Of a DNA stretch of 64,000 bases, positions 30,216 through 39,053 are shown piece after piece. Position numbers and translations under genes: made by a program. Origin of the DNA: a virus (Duplodnaviria; Caudoviricetes); the IMG/VR virus record IMGVR_UViG_3300021255_002065, positions 1 through 64,000 of that record. The stretch is one strand, 5' to 3'. The stretch's first letter is position 1, and every line of letters begins with the position of its first letter. Under the pieces are notes generated by a model, which saw nothing but the letters and a program-made list of their open reading frames with translations, was not told the DNA's origin and searched no databases.

Positions 30216-30365
30216 TTAAGCTTGTAATTTCTTGATACAAGCATCAATGTTGATGGCAACATCATCGAATGTCAGACTATCCAATGACGAATGTTCTGGT
30301 TCTTTTAAATTACAAATCTCCAGAATATCATTGATGCTTGTTTCAACAATGGTTGAGTGTTCCAT
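30216..30365 (-). CDS. Unannotated 49-aa protein, paralog of 30038-30193
   Basis: SD AGGGGGTG; MEHSTIVETSINDILEICNLKEPEHSSLDSLTFDDVAINIDACIKKLQA. Confidence 0.7.
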   Translation of the reverse strand: MEHSTIVETSINDILEICNLKEPEHSSLDSLTFDDVAINIDACIKKLQA

Positions 30366-30586
30366 TCATTCACCCCCTTTCATTATGTGTGAGATTATCT
30401 TGGCCGCCCTTCGGGGCGGCTTTGATATTCTCTGTTTTGGACCCAAGAAGAAATTCACCAATCCCTTGTGTGGACTGGTGAACCGAGGACCACATTACTC
30501 GAAAAGAATAATGTGGTCCTCTCTTGGTTGGACTATATATGAACATACCCCGTTGTTGGCGTGGGGTATGTAAATGAGGTTGTTAA

Positions 30587-30631
30587 GACATTAGATTTCC
30601 CTAATGTCATATAAATGATATATATATCAAA
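30587..30631 (-). promoter_or_regulatory. Putative phage promoter motif plus hairpin (copy 4), heading the 10-kb minus-strand cluster
   Basis: TTTGATATATATATCATTTATATGA (25 nt identical to 37312-37336) then GACATTAG-ggaaat-CTAATGTC. Confidence 0.7.
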
Positions 30632-30715
30632 AAATAAAAAAATAGCAAATTTTGTATGCTACTGGGAAATGGCAATATAGTACCTGTTGATACTGTCTAT
30701 TATTTTCTAAATATC

Positions 30716-30747
30716 CATGTATATTATTAGATTGACCGGAGGTCAAT
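30716..30747 (+). promoter_or_regulatory. Conserved 32-nt promoter/operator element upstream of the DNA polymerase
   Basis: CATGTATATTATTAGATTGACCGGAGGTCAAT. Confidence 0.7.
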
Positions 30748-30826
30748 CTGAATATAATAACATAGTAAATAGAAGAAGAAGAGTAACAGGTAAGTACCAT
30801 CACAGATAGAAAGGATACGATAGAAT

Positions 30827-32653
30827 ATGGATAGACTGAATAAGGTAAAAACATACGGAATTCCAAAACAATTAGATTATCCAGAAGGAAGTATCTTATT
30901 TGATGTAAGATATGTTCGCAGACCATCTGAAGAATTCGAGGTTGTATATTGGAATCCTAAAACAGAACGATTGGAAGTGAAATATGAAAAGCCAATTGTT
31001 GACATCTGGTTCTTGAAACCCGAGTGCCGAACAAACCAATATCAGATTGCACAAGCCAAACTTGGAGATTGTTATCCGGTCTATTGTCAACCATCCAAAA
31101 TTGCAAATGTGATTGCACAAGAGATAGGTGGAGAATGGGGTCAGTTATTTGACAATATGAAGGATGCTTATGGTGTATATGATTTAAAGAAAAAGATGTG
31201 TGAATGCCCGTGGGTATTTAAGGCAGATTTCAAAGAGGATGTGTATTTTCGATTACGGTGGTTGAATCAGTATGGTAGAGATTTCGATATCTCCAAGGTG
31301 AAAGTGGCTTATTTAGATATTGAGGTGGATACCTTGGACAGAGCAATCGACCCTCGAGATTATCAGAACGCACCACAACCTGTGAATGCAGTTTCATTAA
31401 TTTTAGATGAACAGAAGATTGCCGCATTATTTGTATTAGGTCCACGTGATGAATCCCAAATCGATAAGAAATATCATCCGTTATTATTGAAGCAAAAAAA
31501 AGCATTCGCATGGTTGGAACAACATCAACAGGAATTCAAACACAAGATTGTTGATACAGATAAAGACAACAAGCAGTATCTGGAAGGATATGATATCCGA
31601 GTGCATATCTTTCCATTCGACCAGGAGATATATATGATTAAGCTGATATTTGAATATATCAACAAATATCGACCATGGTTCTGTTTATCATGGAATGCAC
31701 CGTTTGATGATAATTATCTCATGAATCGTATCAAGTGGCTTGGATATGACCCGCTCACATTCTTTATCCCAACGGAATTCAAGACAAGAGTATTATTCTT
31801 CTCAGAAGATAAGAATCCGAGTGCTGCAATCCCAGATTCCAAGGACTTCTTCTATTGTTCATCTTATACGCAATACCTGTGTCAAGAACGATTATGGGGT
31901 GCGACACGAAAGTCCCAACAGAAACCACGTTCCTATTCCTTGAATTATGTGGGTAAGATGACAGCTAAGATTGTAAAGTTGACAGATACAAAGAGTGGTA
32001 AATTCCGTGAGTTTGCATATACGGATTTTATCAACTTCTTGTTGTATAATATGCGAGATACTGTGGTACAAAAAGCAATTGAGTTTAACTGTGGAGATTG
32101 TGGTGCATTTGCCTCTCGGTCATATTCTTTCTGTACCCAATTCTCCAAGTGTTTCCAAGAAACGCATATTGTGCGAGATTCTCGTGAATACTACTTTGAG
32201 AAAGAGCAATATGTACAAGCTTGTCGTCTGTTAGTACCTCCTGGAATTGATACTGCCTATGAAGGAGCATATGTTGCCGACCCAGCATTGAACAATTGTG
32301 TGGGATTAATCATTAATGGCAAGAAAACTAATAAAGTGATATATGGAGCGTTAGATGCAGATGCCGCTTCCTATTATCCATCCACGAAAATGGGTGAGAA
32401 TCAAGACCCCATGTCATTGGAATATAAAGTCATTGTGAATAACGAAGAAATATGGTTGAACGGTTCTCACAAGAATCGTTCTTTCAATCAAGAATATTGG
32501 TGGTTTGATTCTGATGGAGGTAGACACAAAAAGGACCTCAGTGGTCAAATCATCAACTCATATAAGAATGGCAATATTGCATCTACGATGTACAATTGGT
32601 TTAATGCACCAAGCATCACAGATGTATTTGCTTATCTTGATGCCAATTTATAA
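30827..32653 (+). CDS. Family B DNA polymerase, N-terminal subunit (3'-5' exonuclease + motif A)
   Basis: ExoI YLDIEVD, ExoII SWNAPFDDNYL, ExoIII LYNMRD, YEGAYVADP, motif A DAASYYPS; no motif B or YGDTDS. Confidence 0.85.
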   Translation: MDRLNKVKTYGIPKQLDYPEGSILFDVRYVRRPSEEFEVVYWNPKTERLEVKYEKPIVDIWFLKPECRTNQYQIAQAKLGDCYPVYCQPSKIANVIAQEIGGEWGQLFDNMKDAYGVYDLKKKMCECPWVFKADFKEDVYFRLRWLNQYGRDFDISKVKVAYLDIEVDTLDRAIDPRDYQNAPQPVNAVSLILDEQKIAALFVLGPRDESQIDKKYHPLLLKQKKAFAWLEQHQQEFKHKIVDTDKDNKQYLEGYDIRVHIFPFDQEIYMIKLIFEYINKYRPWFCLSWNAPFDDNYLMNRIKWLGYDPLTFFIPTEFKTRVLFFSEDKNPSAAIPDSKDFFYCSSYTQYLCQERLWGATRKSQQKPRSYSLNYVGKMTAKIVKLTDTKSGKFREFAYTDFINFLLYNMRDTVVQKAIEFNCGDCGAFASRSYSFCTQFSKCFQETHIVRDSREYYFEKEQYVQACRLLVPPGIDTAYEGAYVADPALNNCVGLIINGKKTNKVIYGALDADAASYYPSTKMGENQDPMSLEYKVIVNNEEIWLNGSHKNRSFNQEYWWFDSDGGRHKKDLSGQIINSYKNGNIASTMYNWFNAPSITDVFAYLDANL

Positions 32654-32673
32654 GAAAAGGAGAAATGTGAATT

Positions 32674-34938
32674 ATGAATGAAGAAAGAATTGAGAATGTG
32701 GAAATGTATCCAATCTCCACAAATTATTGCATGCTTTACGGTGTAAACGTTAACGTACAGCGTGCAATCCCTGAAGTGTATGATGGATTGAAACCCGTTC
32801 AGCGTAGATTGTTGTATACCATGTTAAAGACTCATGGTAAAGGTCAAACGGAATCCGTGGCAACACTTGGTGGTGCTGTATTGAAGTATCATCCCCATGG
32901 TGATTTGGGGATGAGAGACATCATTGCAAATATGGCACAAGACTTCTCCAATAACATTCCATTGCTTGTTGCACATGGAAATGCTGGCACAAAAGATACC
33001 GGCAACAATGCCAGTGCGGGAAGATATTGGAAAGTGTCCGTGTCTGAATTTGCATATGATGTATTGTTTGATGAATTTGATGGTAAGGTAGATATGAAAT
33101 CGAACTATGATAACACGGCAGAAGAACCCATCAGATTCCCGGCGAAATTCCCATTGATTCTGTTGAATGGTTCAATGGGGATTGGATACACCTTGTCCTC
33201 GGATATCTATCCCTATAACCTGAGTGAAATTGCAGATGCCACAATTAAGCTATTGAAGAATCCGAAAGCGAACATCCGTTTGGTACCGGATTCCCCAACT
33301 GGATGTGATATCATTATTAAAGATGAAGAGTCCTTTTGGATGCAGTCTTCCTTTGATGTGGATAATGTGAATTATACTATCACATTCACCAACACCCCAT
33401 ACAAGGAATTCTTAACCAAGATTAATAAGAAGCTTTGTGAAATCCAAGATTCTAATAATCCCATTCCGGAGATTATATCAGCAGATAATGAATCAGACTT
33501 GGTTCATGATAAGCTGAAATATACGATTCGTTGTAAACCGTGCAATCTGTATCAGGTATTAAACAAACTCTTCAAACGTGTGGATGGTTTACGAATTGCC
33601 ATCTCTACCAGAAACATGTTGGTGGTAGATAATGGTATGAATCACAAGTATACTATCAAACAGATTCTGTTGGCATGGATTCGTGCTCGTATCCAGTCCA
33701 AACGTGCATGGTTCCTCAGAAAGACGGTTCAGTTGAAGACGGATATCAACATGCTGGAAGGTAAAATGTTCATGTTATCTCCTAAGAATCTACAGATTAC
33801 CATCAAGACATTTAAGGATTGTAAAACCAAAGATGATATCGTTCCAGCACTGGTTGATGTATTCCATCCAAATGTATCAACATCACAAGCAAGATACATG
33901 ATGGATGTGAAGATGTATCAACTTACGCATGAAGAATTCTTGAAGACAGAAAAGAAGATTGCAGAACTGACAGAAGAGCTTAATAGAATTGAGGAAATCG
34001 TAAAGGACCCCCAGAAGATTAATGATGAAATTATCAATGAAATCAAACAAATCAAACAGAAGTATGGATATCCCAGAAGAAGTAAGATTATCAATGCAAA
34101 TACATCTGATGTGGTAAATATCGGATGTGTACAAATCTTACCAGATGGCAGTTTCATCTTAACAGAAACAGAGAATCCTGAACACTTATCATCGGATGTG
34201 ATTCCCATTCAGGGTGATGAGGTTTGTCTCATTGATGAAAAGGGACAGTTTGTTTGGTTAGATACGACAAAGCTGTCCCACAATACCAAGTTCACATTAA
34301 CTTCCGTTGGTAAAGTGCAAATGGGTAAATGCATCATGGCAGTATCCAACACTTCCCATAAGATTGCCATCTTGTCCAACAAAGGTAGAATCAAGTATAT
34401 GCCAATTGATAAACTGCAAGTGAATACGAAGAAACCACTCATTCCATTGGATGCAGATGAAGAGATTGTGTCCATTCTGGATATTGCGGATGAACATTGT
34501 GACATCCTCATGTATACGCCAGATGGATATGGAAAACGATTCAATGTATCCGAACTGAATGAGGTTGCATCATTGGATTCTGTTGGTCAGTTCATTATGA
34601 AGGAAGACCATGGTGCATCTGGCATGTTCATGCTCAATCCCAAGAAGCCACTTCTTATGTATGTAACAAGACTTGGTAGAATGAGATTGAATGAATCCAG
34701 ATTCCTCATATCCGGTAAGAAGTTTGGGAACACACAACCTCTCATCAAGTTATCTGCCAATGATGATTTGATTGCAGTATTGTGTGTGACCAAGGAACAA
34801 ACCATCACTCTGAATCATGCTGACTCCAGAGTCACAACGGTGCATGTAGACAGTATTGACCCGACTACCATGAGCATGCCACCGGTTCGTCCGAAGCATG
34901 TACCTGGTGTCAAAGTCATCAGAGCATTCGTATCATAA
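32674..34938 (+). CDS. Type IIA DNA topoisomerase subunit A (GyrA/ParC family)
   Basis: RAIPEVYDGLKPVQRR, YHPHGD, catalytic AGRY, FPLILLNGSMGIG and C-terminal beta-pinwheel-like repeats. Confidence 0.92.
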   Translation: MNEERIENVEMYPISTNYCMLYGVNVNVQRAIPEVYDGLKPVQRRLLYTMLKTHGKGQTESVATLGGAVLKYHPHGDLGMRDIIANMAQDFSNNIPLLVAHGNAGTKDTGNNASAGRYWKVSVSEFAYDVLFDEFDGKVDMKSNYDNTAEEPIRFPAKFPLILLNGSMGIGYTLSSDIYPYNLSEIADATIKLLKNPKANIRLVPDSPTGCDIIIKDEESFWMQSSFDVDNVNYTITFTNTPYKEFLTKINKKLCEIQDSNNPIPEIISADNESDLVHDKLKYTIRCKPCNLYQVLNKLFKRVDGLRIAISTRNMLVVDNGMNHKYTIKQILLAWIRARIQSKRAWFLRKTVQLKTDINMLEGKMFMLSPKNLQITIKTFKDCKTKDDIVPALVDVFHPNVSTSQARYMMDVKMYQLTHEEFLKTEKKIAELTEELNRIEEIVKDPQKINDEIINEIKQIKQKYGYPRRSKIINANTSDVVNIGCVQILPDGSFILTETENPEHLSSDVIPIQGDEVCLIDEKGQFVWLDTTKLSHNTKFTLTSVGKVQMGKCIMAVSNTSHKIAILSNKGRIKYMPIDKLQVNTKKPLIPLDADEEIVSILDIADEHCDILMYTPDGYGKRFNVSELNEVASLDSVGQFIMKEDHGASGMFMLNPKKPLLMYVTRLGRMRLNESRFLISGKKFGNTQPLIKLSANDDLIAVLCVTKEQTITLNHADSRVTTVHVDSIDPTTMSMPPVRPKHVPGVKVIRAFVS

Positions 34939-34945
34939 ACGATAA

Positions 34946-34969
34946 GATGCCCGGGATATCCCGGGCATC
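34946..34969. repeat. Perfect palindrome, ATAT-centred family
   Basis: GATGCCCGGGATATCCCGGGCATC. Confidence 0.9.
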
Positions 34970-34993
34970 ACACATTTTGAAAGGGGTTTTATC

Positions 34994-35728
34994 ATGACAA
35001 ATTTTGATATGGTGATGACATCAATCGCCGATTTCATGGATGAATGCTTGGAGAAGGTGACCAAAGAAGAACCGCTTAAATCTAAACTGAAGGAATTGAA
35101 ATATGGTCTGACATGTAACAGATTTCTCATACCAGACTATGCATTCTTTACAAATGAAATGGAGCGAATGCGAAATGAACGTGTTGAACTTGAAATAGCC
35201 GATGAAGAAATCGATAAAGATATCAATGAAGAATTGGTAAGATGTATTCGTGAAAGAGATTGCTTGAATCGAGAATGTTCAGCGAGAACACATGCTACCA
35301 TAAAGAGATATGATGAAGATGTTTGTGTGGTAAATAATATCTCAATCTATATATCTTCGGATGATATTTGTAGAACTATGTGTGATCATCCTGAATGCAG
35401 CGTGGGAGATATCATCGACCATTATAAATTGACTGTTCGTCATGAGTTTGGTCACTTCATTGACTATGTGATGTTAAATGGTGCAAGTTATTTAGAGTTT
35501 AAGAAACGTTTAGAAGAGGAAGCGGAAATCAGTAAAGGCGTTTATAGAAGGATAGATGAACTTAGAGAGAAAGCTGGTAATGACGAAGACATTTCCGGAC
35601 GGGATTTGGCCTACACATGCAATCGAATGTATTATGAAGAAATACCAGCGGAAAAGAGAGCAAACGAATATGCTAAGTTTACTCCAGAAGAATTGGAGAG
35701 ATTATATACAAACGATCATTTGAACTGA
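34994..35728 (+). CDS. HExxH metallopeptidase-like protein
   Basis: VRHEFGHFID and downstream PAEKRANEYA. Confidence 0.6.
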   Translation: MTNFDMVMTSIADFMDECLEKVTKEEPLKSKLKELKYGLTCNRFLIPDYAFFTNEMERMRNERVELEIADEEIDKDINEELVRCIRERDCLNRECSARTHATIKRYDEDVCVVNNISIYISSDDICRTMCDHPECSVGDIIDHYKLTVRHEFGHFIDYVMLNGASYLEFKKRLEEEAEISKGVYRRIDELREKAGNDEDISGRDLAYTCNRMYYEEIPAEKRANEYAKFTPEELERLYTNDHLN

Positions 35729-35766
35729 CAAATTAGATTTTTAATTAGAAAGGTAGGTGATGCCAC

Positions 35767-37316
35767 ATGTCAACCGGATTTGAAATTAGAGTATATGCAA
35801 CCAGTGTTCGTATCTATCCTGGAAGAGAGGCTGTTGAACCTCTCTCTCCACTCATTAACTTATTAACGTATGAGGATGAGTTTCAGGAGATGACAAAGAC
35901 ACTTGGATATATTCTCGATGAAGAACAAGACTTATTGTATTTCCATAAAGGTGTGGATATCTCATATATCCATCGTCTATTGGGGAATGCAAAAGTTGTT
36001 CACATGCCAGCAGATGATGCTCGTCATATGCAATTTGAATACGAGGAAATTGTTCCACCACGTAACAATGAGCAAGTGGATTGTATTAATTTCATTATGG
36101 GAATCAATCAGCATAAAGGCAACGAGAATGACCGCCAGATATTCTTAGTAAAGAACCCCGGTTTTGGTTAACTGGCAAAACATTTTGTTCAGGTGTGGCA
36201 GCTTGTAGATATGGAGTGAAAACACTCATCATTATGCATCGAGATTCACTCCGAAAACAATGGTTGAATTCGTTGTATAAGATGTGTGGATTATCTGAAG
36301 ATGAGGTTCATGAAATTCAGGACTCTCAAGAAGTCTTCGACATTGTCCATGATAACCATGAATTCGATTATGACATTTACTTGATGACACATGCAACATT
36401 CCGTGCAGGATTAAAGCGTGTCGGTAATTTCAGAGAGATGTCAAATTTAACTAAGAATCTTGGGATTGGATTGAAGATTATTGATGAAGCACATTTGGAA
36501 TTTCGTGATACACTACTCATGGATTTTGTATTTAATGTGCAACGAAATCTATATCTGACAGCGACAGATGGTAGAAGTACCAAAGCAGAGAACTCCATCT
36601 TCAAACATGTCTTTGCCAATACCACATTCTACCGTCCATCCACATTGTTAACATCTAACCAACCATCTAAATGGGTGGAATATAACATGGTGCAACTAAA
36701 CACACATGCCAAACAAAACATTGTTCGGTATCGTGTAGAGGGTGGTAGAGGAATGAATCCTGCCACGTATGGGAAATGGGTAATTGCTTATGATAAGAAA
36801 CAGACCCATTTCAAATGTTGCCGAGATATTCTCAAGATGATTTATGAGAAAGACCCTTCCGCTAAGGTATTATTGTTCATGCCATTGATTGACTTATGTA
36901 CCGAATGTTCTTACTTCTTAACGAAGAATCTGAACTATGATGAATCATTCGCATATGACTTAACCATTCGAACAATTAATTCCAAGAATACGAAAGCAGA
37001 GAATGAAGAGAACAAACATGCAGATGTGATTGTGACAACAGTTGCATCATGTGGTACTGGTACGGATATTCCCGGAATAACCGATATCATCAATTGTTCT
37101 CCATTTGTATCTCAAGTAACAGCCAAGCAAGTATTCGGTAGAATTCGTTATTGTGGAAAAGATTGTCACTTCTATGATGTCTATGATGCTTCTGTCAGAA
37201 TGGATGGATACTGGATCAAGAGTCGTTCCAAGGTATTTAAACAATTAGCCACGAAGACGAATTATATCGCATGGGAACCTGATGACGAAGAATATTCCGA
37301 GAAAAATCAAATTTGA
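35767..37316 (+). CDS. SF2 (UvsW/XPB-like) DNA helicase encoded in two frames (35767-36171 and 36174-37316), interrupted within Walker A
   Basis: Q motif PRNNEQ, split Walker A KNPGFG*/GKT, motif II IIDEAH, III LTAT, V GTDIPG, VI QVFGRIR. Confidence 0.85.
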
Positions 37317-37352
37317 TATATATATCATTTATATGATATAGCAATATATCAT
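37312..37352 (+). promoter_or_regulatory. Putative phage promoter motif plus hairpin (copy 5)
   Basis: TTTGATATATATATCATTTATATGA then TGATATA-GCAA-TATATCA. Confidence 0.7.
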
Positions 37353-37397
37353 TCCTAATCATAATATCAAAAAATGAAAATGAAGGAGGAATTAATT

Positions 37398-37877
37398 ATG
37401 TTAGGAAAAATTGCAGCAGGTTTATTCGGTGTGGCAGTCGGCGCAGAGATTGTAAAGGATGCAGTTAAAGAAACATCTAACGACAGAATCTATGTTGTAC
37501 CTGAAAGCCCCCAACCGCAATACCATCAGGGTGGTAGACCTGTATATCGCGGCACTTACAGCACCACAACGCCGCCTGTACAGCAGCGCTACGTCATTCA
37601 TCAGGAGACGCTCGACGTCCTTGATGATATGAAGCATGTTTGCAATTTCAAAGCCCATTCTGTGGGCAGAGAGATTGCATACCAGATTCACGAAGGATGT
37701 GAATCTGGTTGGCATGGATATTATCCGTGCTCATGCCTTGCCCGCCGTGAACTTCGCGACCTTGCAAGACTTGTAGGAGTATACGGAGTACACCCGCATG
37801 ACGGTGATGCGGCATATCGCCGCCTTTATAGCCGCATCATGGATTTCATTAACACTAGATGTGACATTATCTGGTAA
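37398..37877 (+). CDS. Hypothetical protein with an N-terminal hydrophobic segment
   Basis: SD AAGGAGG; GC-richer codon usage like the early-type cluster. Confidence 0.75.
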   Translation: MLGKIAAGLFGVAVGAEIVKDAVKETSNDRIYVVPESPQPQYHQGGRPVYRGTYSTTTPPVQQRYVIHQETLDVLDDMKHVCNFKAHSVGREIAYQIHEGCESGWHGYYPCSCLARRELRDLARLVGVYGVHPHDGDAAYRRLYSRIMDFINTRCDIIW

Positions 37878-37962
37878 ATTATGAAAGCCATCACCGTGTA
37901 GGTGAACCCTCAGCAATAGTTGAGGCCGCCGATAGGTAATCCGACATCCGAACATCCACACA

Positions 37963-37990
37963 GGATGGGTTATCAATTGATAACCCATCC
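37963..37990. repeat. 28-bp perfect palindrome
   Basis: GGATGGGTTATCAATTGATAACCCATCC. Confidence 0.9.
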
Positions 37991-38051
37991 CACAAAGAAA
38001 ATCATGATCCTGTCTGCGCCATGATTTTCTTTTTATCCGAAAGGAGTATTT

Positions 38052-38417
38052 ATGAGAGCAAAAGCAACAACAGCCAATGGAATGTTATCAACTTATAAAT
38101 GTATTGGCATGGCATGTGTGGTTGGTACATCGTTTGCTTCGATGTTGATTCCAATGCAATTGTCAAATCAGTTTAACATTCCAATCACAACAGCAAGAAT
38201 CATCACATTCTTATTGACATCGATTACATCATATGGTATTCTTAATCACATCCAACAGATTTGGTTGGAAGCACACAATCGTTTGTTGGCTAAAGAAGCA
38301 TATGATATTCAACAAGCATTGAAAGAATGTGGACGTATTGATATTGAAGACATTGATACAGTCATTAAAACATTACAGATTATCAAGGATGCAACAAATC
38401 CAAATCAGAATAAATAA
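38052..38417 (+). CDS. Membrane protein (2 TM segments)
   Basis: Two hydrophobic stretches; SD GAAAGGAG. Confidence 0.7.
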   Translation: MRAKATTANGMLSTYKCIGMACVVGTSFASMLIPMQLSNQFNIPITTARIITFLLTSITSYGILNHIQQIWLEAHNRLLAKEAYDIQQALKECGRIDIEDIDTVIKTLQIIKDATNPNQNK

Positions 38418-38420
38418 CAC

Positions 38421-38440
38421 ACGGGGGCATATGCCCCCGT
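38421..38440. repeat. Perfect palindrome, ATAT-centred family, between convergent genes
   Basis: ACGGGGGCATATGCCCCCGT. Confidence 0.9.
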
Positions 38441-38448
38441 CCTTAATA

Positions 38449-38961
38449 TTATTCTGAATCTTCTGTAAATCCTTGCGGTGGTGTATCCGGTGCATCATTT
38501 TCAGCATCCATAAATTGTTGAACAAATTTGGGTGGCTTTCTAAATTTAGGAAATTGAATATTGGGTTCTCTTGCCAAGAGTTCTTTCTCCAACCATTCCT
38601 GATATCGCATCGAGTCATACACAACCCATGACATCAATTGGTTGATCTGTGTCTCGAGATTTCCTACCTGTTGTTTCAATCTCTGCTCAAGTAATTCATT
38701 TTGCTGACGTAATTCCTTGAGCTCTTCCGTCCTACTTTCAAACTCCTGTTTGTATGTATCCGAAAGCTCCAACATTCGCTTTTGGATATGGTCGTCTATC
38801 TTGATTTTGGTATCAGCTTCAGCATCCGATACCTGTTGTCGGAGTTGTGCAATTTCCGCAGCATTCTTCTTTCGTTGGAAGATGGTTGTGATGACTGAGC
38901 CAACTCCTCCGGAGCCGAGAACTGCAATAATTAAAGCGGTGATTTGTTCTGTATCAAACAT
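38449..38961 (-). CDS. Single-TM plus coiled-coil protein, possibly lysis-associated
   Basis: ITALIIAVLGSGGVGSVITTIF followed by a long coiled coil; SD GAAAGGAG. Confidence 0.65.
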   Translation of the reverse strand: MFDTEQITALIIAVLGSGGVGSVITTIFQRKKNAAEIAQLRQQVSDAEADTKIKIDDHIQKRMLELSDTYKQEFESRTEELKELRQQNELLEQRLKQQVGNLETQINQLMSWVVYDSMRYQEWLEKELLAREPNIQFPKFRKPPKFVQQFMDAENDAPDTPPQGFTEDSE

Positions 38962-39053
38962 AAAAATTCTCCTTTCGCGTGAATGACTAATGGGTGTTAC
39001 AATACCAAAATTATCATTCCGTGAAAGGACCACAATTAGAAAGGATTTTAATT

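Noticed and set aside
36150-36180. Simple -1 frameshift, group I intron or intein as the explanation of the helicase break
   Set aside because: A -1 slip at T TTT or C CCC gives GFWLTGKT or PRFWLTGKT, which disrupts Walker A spacing. Eight nt is far too short for an intron, and no 8-nt excision has U|...G boundaries. No intein sequence is present.
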